Numbered from the stretch's first letter, positions 35,553-49,700 are shown. The stretch is 64,000 nucleotides of DNA from Mobula hypostoma (GCF_963921235.1 NC_086108.1:37202001-37266000); one strand, 5' to 3'. The notes: generated from the letters alone by a model not told the origin. Numbers and translations: made by a program.

Positions 35553-37545
35553 CTTATATTAGCCATTTCCACTCTGGGAAAAAGCTTTTGGCTGTCCACT
35601 CAATTTATGCTTCTTGTCATCTTGTACAACTTTTCTTTATCAAGCCATCTCTCACCCTCCTTTGCTCCAAAGAGAAAAGCACTAGTTTGATCAATCTGTC
35701 CTCAAAAGACATTCTCCCTAATCTAGGCAGCATCCTGCACCCTCTTCAAAGTTTCCACAACATCCCTATAATGAAATGATCAGAAATGATCACAATTTTC
35801 ATAGTGCAGTCTAACCAGGGTTTATAGTCCTGCAACATTATCTCATGGCTTTTGAACTCAAACCCCAACTAGTGAAGACCAACACACCATATCACTTCTT
35901 AACAACCCTGTCCACTTGCACTGCAACTTTGAGAGATCTATGGACATGGTTCCCAAGGTCACTCTGTTCCTTCACAATGTTAAGAATTTTGACATTAACT
36001 CTGAATTCTGCCTTCAAGTTCGACCTTACAAAGACCTTCACACTTTTCTGCATTGAACTCTATCTGTTAGTTCCCAGCCCTGCGTTGTATTCTAATAAAG
36101 TCCCATTGTAGCCTACGACAAACATCTACACTACCCATAGTACCACTAACCTTCATGCCACCTGCAAGCTTACTAAGCCAGTCTTTCCCTTCCTCATTCA
36201 AGTTACTTATAAGAATCACAAAGAGCAGGGTTCCTGGAACGCACTGGTCGCAGATCTCCAGGCAGGGCATGCCCCATCTACTACCACCCTCTGCCTTTTA
36301 CAGGCAAGCCAATTCTGAATCTACACAGCCAAGTTTCCCTGGATCCCATGCTTCCCGACTTTCTGAATGAGCTCACCATGGGGAATTTTATCAAACACCT
36401 TACTAAAATCTATATACACCACATTCACTGTTCTACCTTTATCAATGTGCATTGTCACATCCTCAGAGAATTCAATCAGGCTCAAGAGGCATGATATGCT
36501 CCTCACAAAGCCATGCTGATGATTCCCTAATTGAACTATGATTCTCCAAATGCTCATAAGTCCTGTCTCTAAGAATTCTCTCCAATAATTTTCTCACTAC
36601 TGAAGTAAGAATCACTGTTCTACATTATCCAGGGTTATCCCTTTTACCTTTTTTGAACAAAGGAATAATATTTGTAACCATCCAGTCCTCTGGCCATTGA
36701 GAATGCAAAGATCATCACCAAAGGTGCCAGGAACCTACGTATCCTAATGTAAAGTTCCAGCACATTCTCTCTTTTAATGTCAGTATGTTTCAGCACATCA
36801 GCCTATTTTCTGCTGTCCTCACAAACATCAAGTCCCTCTCACTGGTGAATACTGAGGTAAAGTATTCATTAAGACATTTTCTATCTCCACTAACTCCAGG
36901 CACAAGCTTCCTCTTTCTATCTCTGATTAGTCCTACCCTCACTCTAGTCATCATCCTGTTCCTCACGTATGTGTGGCACATAATTTACACTCCCAAGTGC
37001 CTGCCTAATTGCATCATAATTTCCCCTTCCTCAATTAAGTGTTTTCCCATATTGTCTGCTCCTGTCCCACGAGGAGGTCATGGAGTTGTGGTCACTGTCT
37101 CAAAAAAGTTCACCCACAAAGAGATCTGACATCGGACTAGCTTCGTTCCCTAGTTCCACATCCGGTTGGGCTTCTCCTCTAGACAGCCCGTCTACAGATT
37201 GTGTTAGCAATCCTTCCAGGACACACCTAAAAAATTCCACCTCATCTAAATATTTTGGACTAAGGAGGTGCCAATCAAAATTAGGGAATTTGAAGCCACT
37301 GTTATTTTTGCATCTTTCTGAGATCTGCCTCTCAATCTATTCCTCAGGGTCTCTGTTGTCTAATAGAGTGATTGCTCCCTTCCTCTTTCAGACTTCCATC
37401 CACACTGGATCAAAAGATGATCTATTCAAGGCATTCTCTATTTCTGAGGCTGTGATATTATCCCTGATAATCAATGCCTCTCCTCCACCTCTTTTACCTC
37501 CCATCTTGCCGTGCTTGAACATCTAAAATCCCAGAACACCCAGTA
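35553..37545 (-). mobile_element. CR1 LINE ORF2 fragments (host of the sushi-like element; 3' end at ~29430-29883)
   Basis: QHGFVRSISCLLSLIEF..VVYIDFSKVFDKIPH; LNEYFTSVFT. The sequence rejoins across the GCACC TSD. Confidence 0.85.
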
Positions 37546-37655
37546 TTACACCAGATCCGATGCAGCACAACATAAAAAAAACACGAGATAATGAACACAA
37601 TACTAATACTAATAATAAACACAATCAATATAAATACGTAAAATAGCCTATATAC

Positions 37656-38355
37656 TGCGTCCAGTGCTCCCGATGTGGCCTTCTATATATTGGCAAGACC
37701 TGACGCAGACTGGGAGATTGTTCCGCTGAACAAGTTGTCCGCCAGAGAAAGCAGGATCTCCCAGTGGCCACACATTTTAATTCCACATCCCATTCCCATT
37801 CTGATAAGTCTATCCACGACCTCCTCTACTGTAAAGATGAAGCCACACTCAGGTTGGAGGAACAACACCTTATATTCCGTCTGGGTAGCCTCCAACCTGA
37901 TGGCATGAACATTGACTTCTCTAACTTCCGCTAATGCCTCACCTCCCCCTCATACCCCACCCGTTATTTATTTATATACACACATTCTTTTTCTCTCTCT
38001 CCTTTTCCTCCCTCTGACTATACCCCTTGCCCATCCTCTGGGTATTTCCCCCACTCCCTCTTTCTTTCTCCCTAGGCCTCCTGTCCCATGTTCCTCTCAT
38101 ATCCCTTTTGCCAATCAACTGTCCAGCTCTTGGCTCCATCTCTCTCCCTCCTGTCTTCTCCTATCATTTTGGATCTCCCCCTCCCCCTCCCAATCTCTTA
38201 CTAGCTCTTCTTTCAGTTAGTCCTGACGAAGGGTCTCGGCCTGAAACGTCGACTGTACCTCTTCCTAGAGATGCTGCCTGGCCTGCTGCGTTCACCAGCA
38301 ACTTTTATGCGTGCTGCTTGAAATTCCAGCATCAGTAGATTTCCTTGTGTTTGCG
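37656..38355 (+). mobile_element. 5'-truncated Penelope-like element (GIY-YIG fragment plus terminal repeat with hammerhead)
   Basis: CVQCSRCGLLYIGKT*RRLGD; TSD TATATAC (37649-37655 and 38356-38362). Confidence 0.88.
38219..38254 (+). ncRNA. Minimal type I hammerhead ribozyme (PLE-associated)
   Basis: AGTC-CTGACGA-AGGGTCTCGGCCT-GAAAC-GTC-GACT. Stem I AGTC/GACT, stem II AGG/CCT, loopless palindromic stem III (ACGT). Confidence 0.8.
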
Positions 38356-38362
38356 TATATAC

Positions 38363-39410
38363 ATAGATTGATTGTGTGTCCATAAAGTGACACCAAGCTG
38401 TATATAAGCTGAATGACAGGTAACCACAAAGTAGTGGTGGAGTTAGTGGGTGGAAGTGTTGATCAGCCTTACTGTTTTGGGGAAAGTAACTATTATTGAG
38501 ACTTGTGGACACTAGGTAGCCTTTCCCTGATGGAAGTGGGACAAGCAGCCCATGAGCAGGGCAGGTGGGTTCCTTCATGTTGTTACTGGCCCTTTCCTGG
38601 CACCTCTCTGTATATACTGCAGGTCTTTGATGGTGGGTAGGCTAGTGCCAATGATGCATTGGGCACTCTGACTATGTGTTGTAGAGCCTCCTTGTCCGTG
38701 CAGTGCAGTTTCTGCACCATGCAGTGATACAGTTTGTTTGGATGCATCCTACTGCACATCTACAGAACAACAGTGGTATGGACATGCATAGTCCAGCTCT
38801 TTTCACCCTCCTCAGAAAGAAGATTGATCAGCTTTCTTGGTTTTGTATAATGTGTTCTGGGACCTTGAGAGGCTGTGTGAGATGTGCACTTCCAGGAGTT
38901 TCAAACTGCTTGCAATTTCCACCGCTGTGCCACCAATGTAAAGCGGGATGAAAGTGGTGCAAGTCCTCTAGAAGTCTCTGGGTGTTAATGGTATGAGTTC
39001 TCCTGGTTGATAACCATCTTCTTTATATTGTTGACATTAAGGAAGAGGCAACTTGCCTGGCACCTGGCTTTGAGCGTTTCCATTTCCTCTCTTAGACCAT
39101 TTCATCATTGTTGGTGATGATTCTAACATAAGTATCCTTGTTTTCTTGGTGTGTCAGGGCCTGGTGCAAGACAGAAGCTATGGTTCCGTCAGTAAGCATA
39201 TTGGCGAATGTCTAAAGTGGCAGGAATGGAGTTGTTGATATGTTCCATTATCAGCTTGTCTAAAGCACTTCATGATGATTGGTGTCAGAGCTGCAGTGTG
39301 GATGTTGTTTTAGTTCTGAAGCTGAAGAGGGATGATGGTGGCTGATTTGATGCATGTGGGGGTGAGTAAGTGTTGGCCCTGTCTGGGTAAGCTGGGGTAC
39401 AACACTCCCT
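38363..39410 (-). mobile_element. Rex1/Babar-like LINE fragment
   Basis: Minus strand PLPSGK..NSYFPQ resembles the Rex1 ORF C-terminus; similar to the copies at 41050-41830 and 59350-60180. Confidence 0.6.
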
Positions 39411-42400
39411 GTGTGTGCACATCATCCACCACAGCTAACACCTCACATTAACCAGGTGTCACTTTGGATCTATAGTAACCTCCAAACACCGGTATCTTCT
39501 CAGCTGATTTTTTCTTCATCTACTCTCCTATTTGGAACATCGTGCTTTATCCACACTAAGGCACTTCTCGATCCAATACCATTTAGTTTATTTCACATTA
39601 AAAATAATGTAAATAATTGCTTTGTCATTGCCCTCAGGTAACCAATAGAAACCCATTTGAATCTAAAGGAAATAATATGAGGCTGATTGTAAATGCATTT
39701 GTTCACTCAAATTATTGCAATTCCCATACAAAATTACAAATTGTATCAGATAGTTACGAAGAGGTGTGAGACATATTTAATATGCCAGCAGAACTTTGCA
39801 AATCGTGGCTGATTCTTGAATGAAAAAAAACAAAATGCAACTGTTTTGCATTTTCCAGCTGTGACTATAACAACAACAGCAGAATATGCAAGTTCTTTGC
39901 ATGAAAATGTAAATAAGAATACCTTGCAATCTGAACCAATCATGAACAAGTGGGGTGAATATAGTTGTCAAAATAATAATATATAATGTATGTCACCTTC
40001 TCTGTTTGTGGCTGCAGTTTCTGTTCTTCTTTCTCCAATCCAACCTCCAATTACCAAGTTTTCAAAATGCAGCTTTTCACATTACAAAATATCCCCCAGT
40101 TTCTATAATGTTTATTCTGTGCATTCTCTTCATTGTCTTTTAAATCTCTGCGTTTGATCCCTGACATTCTTGGTTTTTCGTTTGAGTTTCATCCACTAGC
40201 TATTCATTTAATGTTGTATAAGCAGAAATTATATGTTTTTGCCTGACAGATGCCTCCTGCACTACAGAATTTACCAATCTATCAATGAACGGTCAGTTCA
40301 TTCCACCACAGTTCACGTATTGAAGATGTCATAAACGACTGACTCACTAAGTTCTTTGGATTTTCTGTTTCCCTTAATATCAGTGAAAAGCCTAGTGATG
40401 GTAATGTTATTCACAATAGCATAATGAACAGGTCTTCTGAATTGCTGTAATGCATAGTTATGTTTAAATGAATTCAGTTTCACAACGTGTCAAAGGTGCC
40501 TAAGTCCTACACAGTTCCATAGCTTTCTACATTAATTTTAGACCAAACTTCTTTGAATCTAAAAATCTTAGCGTCTTCCTTTTGTTAAATGTCATGACGT
40601 GATTTCCATAAGCCCCAAGTCAAACATGAATGGGCAGTTGTAGGCAGTTTGGGCCAACTCACTTATTGACACTTCAGCCACTTCTCTGAGCTTTAAACTA
40701 TCAGAGTTAAAAATCTATCCTACTCTATGTTATTTGCTGATTTTTCTGTTGTCCTAGGCAGAAGAATCTTCCTGCAAGCCATTGCCACTGCACATGGTGA
40801 ATTGAATGCATTTACCACACATATGGAAGTCAAAGTCAAGTTTATTGTTATATGCAAAAGTACGTGTCTGCATAGAGTAGGTGCAATGAAACACTTCGTT
40901 GCAACATCACCACGGACACATAGCATCATGCAAGGAGTATTCACAAGAAAAGTATAAATTAAACAAAAATTATACATGATTTTCACAAGAAAATAACAGG
41001 TAAGTCCATTTTAGTGAAAGGTGGTCAGGGTGTTGCTAAACTGTAATGATTAGGGTTGTGTAATTGGTTCAAGAACCAAATGGTTGAAGTATTTTTTTGA
41101 ACTTGATGGTATGGGACTTCTTACTTCTGTACCTTCTGCCCAATGGTAGCTGCAGAAAGGTGGTATTACCCAGATGGTGGGGATCTTTGATGATAGATGT
41201 TTCTGTCTTGCAGCAGCACCTCCTGTAGATCCTACCAATGGCGGGGAGGGATCTATCCACAAGGCACCAGGCTGAGTCCCCACTCTCTCCAGCTTCCTGC
41301 AACCTGCTCTTTCAAATTGCCAGACCAGATCATGAAGCAATCAGTCAGGATGCTTTGGACAGTAGATTTGAAGAAGATTGTTAGAGTGTTTGATGATAAG
41401 CTGAGCTTTCTAAGAAGATAAAGATGCGGATGTGTTTTCCTCATGATTGCATCTGTGTGCTATGTTCACTAATCATTGGATATGTTAATACCCAGGAATT
41501 TAAGGCAGCCGACTCTCTCCAATGTTGACTGGTACACATTTGTCCTCCTTCCCTTTCCTGAAGTCATCGATCATCTCTAGTTTTACTGTTAGTGAGGAAG
41601 ATGTTATTGTCATGGCACCTTTCAACCAGGTGACCTATCCTGTTTCAGTAAGCTGAGCAATCGCCACCTGTGATTTGCAGTAGTGTCACCAGCAAATCTG
41701 AAGATGGCACTGGAGCTGTGTTGAGCCACAGACATGTGAATATAGAGAGAAGAGCAGGGGGCTAAGCATGCAAGCTTGAGGTGCCCGGTGTTGATGGCCA
41801 GCGAGAAAGAGATGTTAATAGATAAGAGAAAGATTATCTTTATTTGTCACAAGTACACAGGAACATCAGAACACACAATGAAATGTGTCGTTTTGCAACA
41901 ACACCTAATACAGTCTGGATTCAGCCTGCAAGTGTCACAATGCTACCAGGGTCAATAGAGCTTGCCCTTCTCTTACTAACCCTTATTAACCCGTACATCT
42001 TTGAAATGTGGAAAAAAACTGGAGCACTCAGAAGGGAATCATGGAGGACATGCAAGCCCCATACAGACAGTGGCAGGAATTGAATTGGTGCTGTAAAGAG
42101 TTACGTTAACCGCTATGCTACCATTGCCACCCATGTTTTTACTGATCCTCACTGATTGAGGTCTGCTGATCGGGAAGTTGAGTATCCAGTTGCAGAGGCC
42201 AAAGTCTTGATGCTTGGTGTCGAGTTTGAGGGGGATAATTGTGTTGAGTTCCAAGCTGCAGTTAATGAACAGCCACCTGACGTGTGAGTTTCTGTTGTTC
42301 ATATGGTCCAGAGCAGAGTGAAGACACAGAGGAGTTACACCTGCTGTTGACCTATTATGATGGTAGGCAACTTGGAGAGAACCCAGGTTATCTCTGAGGC

Positions 42401-42879
42401 AGGAATTCATTTGTGCCATAACCAGCCTCTCAAAGGACTCATTACTGATGATGCTATTGCCACTGGATGGTGACCTTTGAAGCAGGCCACCAGACTCTTC
42501 TTCACCATAATAGATGCAATTTTGAAAGAGTTGGGAACCTCGGACTGCTGAAGTGAGAGGTTAACTCTGTCTAAGAAATACTCCAGCCATTTGGACCACA
42601 CAGTTATTTAGTGTTTGGCTAGGTATGCCGCCTGGGTCAGACACCTTTCGAGGAATCACTCTTTTGAAGGACGTCTGGATGTCAGCCTCAGAAACTGAAA
42701 TTGTAGATGTGGAGATGTGGAGAATTGTGTGGGTGTGAGATAGTTCTTCTTATCAATACATACATAAAAGTCATTGAGCTCATTCAGAAATGGTGAATCA
42801 TTGACACTTGATGCCACCTGATCTCGCTTTGCAGGAAGTTATATTGAGCAAGCTTTGCCACACTTGTCAAGCATCCATC

Positions 42880-44949
42880 TGTCACAGTATGCGCTGACTA
42901 ATGGCTGAACCCAGTCGTGGAGGAATGACAGACTCCCATGTCAAGACAGAAACAAGAGCTTATTCATAGGAATTTCAACAGAACTTCAGTGGTTCAACTG
43001 AGCAACACCACGAGGTGAATCATTCTCAAAACACAAGGACCCCTCAATAAGCGGTAATCAGGAGACCCCTTAAAATAATCATAGAACGCAACAAACCCAT
43101 ACCAGTCAAAATAAACCTGATAAGATTAAACAGGATGCACAAGGGCTTAATGAGTCTAGATAAGATGACAATTAACAAATGCAAATGAACAGGCCCACAG
43201 AGCTCCAGATAGTACCTTCTTCCCCAAGGCTGGCGCCTGATGACCCAGGGAGCTCTGGGGAACTCAAGACAGTCCTGCTGCTCTCAAGACAGGGCTTGTA
43301 ATCTTGGGAACATTGCATATAACTCAGAAACATTTATGTAACTCAGGAACATAGAATCAAACTCTGAAACATATAATAGTCCTCAGAAACTTGGAATAGT
43401 TTCTGGAAACCTGGAGGGTCATGGGAGACCCAGGAAGCCTTGACAACATTGAACGTAGCTCAGAATATGGACACCTGAACCTTGGAACTTAGCCTCAGAA
43501 CATGCACTGAGAATACAAGGCCCCTCGCCTCCAGCTGATTGATGTAGAAGTCACTGTTGAAACTCTACTGAGTCCATTTATAGCAAGGTATCATGGTCCG
43601 GTCCATGAAGTCCGTATTCCGGTTCACGGTCCGGTCCATCGACCCTTGCTCCAGGTTTTCCTGTCTACCCTGTTTCTGTTCTTGTTGAGCTCTAATTGAG
43701 GCAGCTGATGCTCGTTGGGGCTGGCTGCATAAATACCTTCAGAGACCAGGGTGTGGCTGCTGGATTGTTCTTGTCCTTACTCCTTGTATCCCTTCCTCTG
43801 CCTTCTGTTTCCTCGCCTGAAGCCCTGCCTTGTCTTGCCGATAACTCTCCCCTTGCCTGAAGTTCTCGTCTTGCCTTGCTTTGCCAGAAACCTTGCCTTG
43901 TCTTGCCAGTAACTCTCACCTCACCTGAAGTTCTCATCTTGCCTTGCATTGCCCGAAGCTTTGCCTTGTCTTGCTGGCAACTCTCACCTCGTCTCACCTG
44001 CAGTCTTGTCCTGGAGCCACTCTGTACCTAGCTCCCTTCCTGTCCCTTGCCTCCGCCCAGGTAAGCCAGGCTGTCGTGCCGTTACCTGCGGTTGGTTCTG
44101 TCCCTTCCTGTCCCCTGCCTCCGTCGGGAGGTGATCTGCGCCCTACCCAGGAGGAGCCTGCCTAGCCTGAAGCCTGAAGACTCCAGCCTCCTGCTTCCTG
44201 CCAAGCCTCGCCTCTAGCCTCAAACCTGAAGACTCCAGCCTCGTCCTTGCCTAGTTCTGGGGTCCGAGCCAAAGGCAAGACCCAGGTAATGGGTCCTTGT
44301 CCAATCTCTGGCTCGGAGTCCAAGCCCGGGCTCCTAGCTCTCTTGTCCAGTCCTGTTCTGGGTTCCCGATTTTCGTGTCCATGTCCTTGCCCTCACTCTG
44401 TATCCTAGTCCTGTCCCTGGTACTTCAGTGTCTGTGTCTTGCACTTGGGTCTGTTCCCAGCCACCTCCGTATGACACAAGGTCCTGTACGTGAATGTAGA
44501 CTAGAGAAGCTCAGAAAATGGACCTGAGAAACTCAGAAAGTAGCCTTGGGAAACTTGGAACATAACCTTAGGATAGAAGGCACCCTTGCCTCCAGCCGAC
44601 CGATGTACAAGCCACTGTCGAAGTTCTGCTGGGTCCATCTCTGGCTGGGTCCTACTGTCACGGTGCATGCTGACAAATGACTCAACCCAGGTGTGGAGGA
44701 ACAACATGTAGATACAGAAACAAGAGCTTATTCATTGGAATTCCAACACTACGAGACAAGTCATTCTTGAAATACAAGGACCCTGCAATAGGTGCTAATT
44801 GGGAGTCTCCTTTAAATAATCACAGAACATGGAAAACCCGTGACAGTCAAAATAAACTTGACAAGATTAAACAGAAAGCTCGAAGGTTTAACAACTCCAG
44901 ATAAGACAATTAATAAGTACATGTGCACAGGTCCGTAGGGTTCCTGACA
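42880..44949 (-). mobile_element. Small non-autonomous LTR element (two ~300-330-bp LTRs, gag-start remnant, no pol)
   Basis: LTRs 42880-~43211 and 44656-44949 (TGTCAC...TGACA); PPT GGGGAAGAAGG next to the 3' LTR; ATGGACCCAGCAG (MDPAE) at 44638. TSD only 3/5 (CCATC/ACCTC). Confidence 0.75.
43589..44476 (+). mobile_element. Solo LTR (888 bp) nested in the non-autonomous element
   Basis: TATCAT (mutated TGTCAT)...ATGACA termini; 5-bp TSD CAAGG (43584-43588 and 44477-44481); internal CCTTGTCTTGCC repeats. Confidence 0.85.
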
Positions 44950-45954
44950 ACCTCCGTGTTTTCAGTTCAGTCTGAAATTAACTCCATGTGCTGACAACGG
45001 TTTTCTAGAGATTATACCTGGATTTCTTATATAACTTTAGGTCACCAGCCTTAAAGGCCACGATCTACCTCTCACTAGAAAATGAATCTCCTGGTTCATC
45101 CAGGGCTTCTGGCTGAGGAAGTCTCAGAATGTATTTGTGGGGATACACTCATCCATGCATGTCCTTATGAAGTTGGTGATGACTGTTACATATTCATCTG
45201 GCTCAGCTTATGAATCCCTGAACATATTCCAGCCCAATTCAAAGTAATCCCAAGTTTGCTCCTATGGTTTCGCTGTCCGGCTCTTTATGGTCCTCTTCTC
45301 CTGTGCTGTGCTCTTCAATCTCTGTCTGCAAACATGCAAAAGAAGCACAGCTGGATGCTCAGATTTACCAAAGAGTGGCAGAGGGATGAAACAGTAGGTG
45401 TTCTTGATGGCGGCACAGCAGTGAGAGAGTAGGTTGAGTCTTTTAGTATTACAGGTGATGTATTGATAGTGGTTAAGCAGAGACGCTTTCAAACTAGCCA
45501 GATTAAAGTCTCCCACCACAATGTGGAAGTATTTGGGTATGCTGCTTCATTCTTGTTGATCACAGCAATAAGTTCCTCAAGCGCAAAGTTGATGTCTGCC
45601 TCATGAGAGGTGTAAACTGTGTTCAAGATACCGGTGGAGAACCCTCATGGAAGATTAATGATTATCACTTCACTGCCAGATGTTTGAGGTCAGGGGAGCA
45701 GGAATGGGGCAATTCCACCACATCCATGCACCACAATGGGTGTATGAAAAAGCAGATACCACCTTTTCCCTTACCCATCACTGCTGTCTGGTCCCTGCAA
45801 TGGATCTTTGAGGTGGAATACTGTGTCAGGAAAATTGGAAACGAGCCATGACTCTGTGAAACAACTATCCCTTATGTCCATCTGATAAGGCAACTTGCTC
45901 AGCAGTCCGCAATCTTGTTTGTTAATGATGGTACATTAGCCAGTAGGATGCAAG

Positions 45955-46752
45955 TGTTATGAGACACGTAGGCTCATATTGTGAGTGTTACTTTAAGAGC
46001 GCCTGAGTGAGACGACTATGATGTCAGTCACAGACTGTCGCAGTCTGTGCAGATTAAAAACACAGGCACAGACAGAGAGAGGGAACAGTTACTCTCGCAG
46101 TCTTTGCAAGACATGGAACTACGAACTGCTGAGGCAAGTTTGCTCCAGAATGGGTGAAGTCTAAAGCTTTCCCATTACCCAAAAGATTGGGTTAATCGAC
46201 GATACTGGGCACAACGAATGTGTGACTGTCACTTCATATAATCCATAGGAGTGGATTTTGGAAATACCCTGTGGGACCACTTGTGTTAACCTTTGCCTGG
46301 GTATGTTGTGTGGTAACCAATCGAAGACGATATTCCTGTGACAGGTCACTTTTGGTGATAATTCGTATGTGGACAGATTCTACGGACAAGATCTTCAACG
46401 ACTATTACTTGGTTTACCTGACATGGAGCCCGTGGAATACTTCGTACTTACCTTTTCTCTACATTTTACCTTGGATTACAAATATCTCTCTCTCATCGAT
46501 TATTACGTTGAGGACTGAACTTTCCTATTTTTCCATCTCAAGACTCTAAGCCTTGCTCCCCCAAGCTCGACAGTTTGGGAGCTATATTTACACACATATA
46601 TACACATAACTCTGTTAGCTTTTGTTTATCTTGGTTGAGTTACTATGTTATGAGTAGATACTAATAAAGATAGTGGTTTTAACATTAAAACCTGACTCAG
46701 TGTGAACTCCCTTGCTGCTGGTTCATTTCTAAAACGTTACAGTTTTGTAACA
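45955..46752 (+). mobile_element. Solo LTR (798 bp)
   Basis: TGTTA...TAACA termini; TSD CAAG (45951-45954 and 46753-46756); AATAAA near 46663. Confidence 0.85.
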
Positions 46753-49700
46753 CAAGGGAGTTGGGGAAGAGGGACCTTAGGATCCTGCACTTCAGTCTTA
46801 CTTGAAATCCTGCCCTGAAGCCACACTTTCTGAGACATTGGAAACCGTCCACATAGGTTTATTTATGGCTTTGACACTTTTACTTGTTTAAAACCATTCA
46901 ATTATATATAACATTCTTCACATGTTAGCAAGTTAATGATTCTTTTACTTGACTTCATTTCCACTCAGTACACCAGCATCATGTGGAGAGGTTCGAGGAG
47001 CTTGCCCCACTTCATCAACATATGCATTAATGTCCTTTTACTGCCAATCCTTTCTCTGTGGTGACATGATGCAGAAAAGTGACAGTTGTGATAATTTGAG
47101 CTTTAATGCAGTCTGATCTATTAAATTTTCTGTCATCCATTTGACCTCTTTACTGCTTTCTGCCTTTATCTGCAAATACTTCACTGGATATGGAATTATG
47201 AACTATGCCTGTAAGAGAGATCTCTGATCTGTAAACAAATGGGATATATGGTTCTGAGACATCAAATCCCATGTGTTGGTCTGGTGACTGAAATAGGTAA
47301 TATGACAGCATCTTAAGGAATAATATCGTAATTAGTATTCCTCAGTAGTTTTGCATTTGTGGAATGAATGTTGAGGGATTTGTCATAAGTAGGATGTGAC
47401 TAAAGAAGAGCAGGAATATTATGTCTGATCTCCTGGTCAACACTTATTCCTTAATCAACTCTACAGAAAGACAGATTATCTTGTTTTGATTGCAGTGGAT
47501 AAATTGGCTGCTTTATTTCCCACAAAAGTGATTAAGCCTCGTTATAGGTAAAAAGTGTTAGAGATGTCCTGACAGAAATGTTAACCATGGTATATAAATA
47601 GCCTTGCTCTTTGATACCTCCGGTAATCTTGCTCTTCTACATGACATTTAACTGTTCCTATATTTCAAAAGCTTCCTAAACAACGTAATAGTTGACAAAA
47701 CCTGTCTTAGAAGAGTCTCAATATCCTTTCTGTACAACTGTGTACTACACTTCATATGCTATTTTAATTGTCTCAGCTTTTCTTGCCCACTAGTTGGATC
47801 TCAAATCCTCTCCCTGCTTGATGTCTGTGTATCATATTGCTTGTTTTGTTTCAAAACTCTCAGTCCTCTTCAACTATTTCAGAATTTCTTTTGTTATTCA
47901 TTCATGATGCTGTCAGGGCGAGGAATTATTGTTAATTCTTAATTGCCCTTGCACTATGTGGCTCGCAGAGGGACACTAAGAACTGACTGCATCGTTGAAG
48001 GTCTGAAATTAAATGCAGGCTGGACTCAAGATGGATGGTTGATTTCCTCCCTAGAAGGACATTAGTGAACCAGATGGGCTTTAACAACAAACCTGCAGTT
48101 TCATCGCTACCATTACAGTGATTGGCTTTAAAATAAAATACAGATTTATTTATCTGAATTTACAATGTCCACCAGCTGTTGAGTTTGAATGTAGAAAAGA
48201 ATCAAGAATGAGCCTGATGTTCTACAAATTCTTTCAGTGTCTCCTGCTCTGTAGCTTATGGCTCAATAATCAAGCGTAGTGACCAATTTGTGGGAAAATT
48301 GCAAAGACCAGTTGTTTCATGTCAAAGTTCAACAAACAGCTATGAGATGAACATCTAGTTGGCTGATTTTTCCCCCAGAGGTTATGAGGCAATAAGGGAA
48401 GAAATAATTCATTGATCTATGAAGCCCATCTGTTTATGTTGCATTCAATAAAGATGATATAAACAGTAAAGGTCAGATGTCAGACTGTAAGAAAACATAT
48501 TAGATGAAGTTTACTTCAACCTGTGAATCCTTAAGAATAAATCCTCTATTATTTGATGGCATTCTGTTTTTCTTTCTGTTTTAAACATCTTTTTAAAAAA
48601 AGCATCGAAGAAATTGGGAGAGATTGCCATAGTATGGGCATATTCAGTAGAAACCAGAAGGATTCCTGGGGAAAAAGTTAGCAAAATAGTGCTTTCTGGA
48701 ACAGGAAGGTGGAAAAGGGTGTAAAGATCTGAGAAAAACATATTTGTGACCAGAAACCAGGCTTCAGTGACACATTGTGAAGAGGAAGAAAAACATCATT
48801 TGCACTCAAAATCAATTTCCAACCAAAATCATCTAAAGTTGAAAGCCCTGAATTCCATGGCTTTTTGTTGTTAAATTTTATATCCTGCAATTGATGCTGC
48901 TGATGTCACCGTGACCAAACTTTTGGACAGGATTTGGAACCCACCAATGAATAACTTGACTTGGCATAATTAACATGAATTTGATTTCCTGATGTATACA
49001 CCAGAGAACATGTAGCAATCAACGATCATCTCCTACCAGGTGGTTAATATCATATTCTTTTAAATGTGATTATATATTATTGTTCGGTTTTCAATGCTTT
49101 GTGATTGTAGATGAAAAGAATTCACAGGGAGACTGAGGTTTACCTTCAGAATAAATATTCTTCTTTGCAAGCTGCCATCAACAGCAGATTCACTCATCCT
49201 GGAATGACTGCTCCACAATCCAAAGTTTCTATTATTCTCTTACTATTTCTAATCTATTTTGCCACCCTTATCTCTACCCCACATGCACTGTGTATATTCA
49301 TAGAGGGAAGTAAGCATTTTACCCTACCATGCTTCAGTGTCTCATGTGCTACACGAGCTGAGTGATTTTCTATCTCAAGGTGCAAAAATTTCAAAGTACA
49401 AAGTAAATTTATTATCAAAGAAGGCTCACATTTACGATAGTTCACTTTAGCTTTTAACCTGTAGTTTGGGTCAGCTTGTACTGGTTCAGGCTACCCCAGT
49501 CTGGTACCAGTCCTGTAGCACTCCCCTTTATCTCTCTGCTACAAGACCATCTCCCTGTTCTCTACTGTAGCATTAAAGAGCCATTTCCCTATTCTCTGCT
49601 GCAGTGATTGAAATTGAAGTAGATTTCACTTGCGACAATTTGCAGCTTCAATAATGCCTTTTATTATTTCTATGTCAGGCCCACAATAGCTGAAACGCCT

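Larger units (their letters stand above)
40830..45950 (-). mobile_element. Rex1/Babar-like LINE, fragmented (about 40830-42879 and 44950-45950), hosting nested inserts
   Basis: APE endonuclease remnant VGDFNLASLK..YITCNTKR..LFGKSEH; RT region VPNSFKIASI..HPVAIASSVM, LQVAYHHNRST; C-terminal LYLLRKL..TVQSILT. Confidence 0.75.

Noticed and set aside
43320..44000. Regularly spaced short repeats superficially resembling a CRISPR array
   Set aside because: Degenerate tandem repeats inside LTR elements in eukaryotic DNA; no unique spacers and no cas genes.
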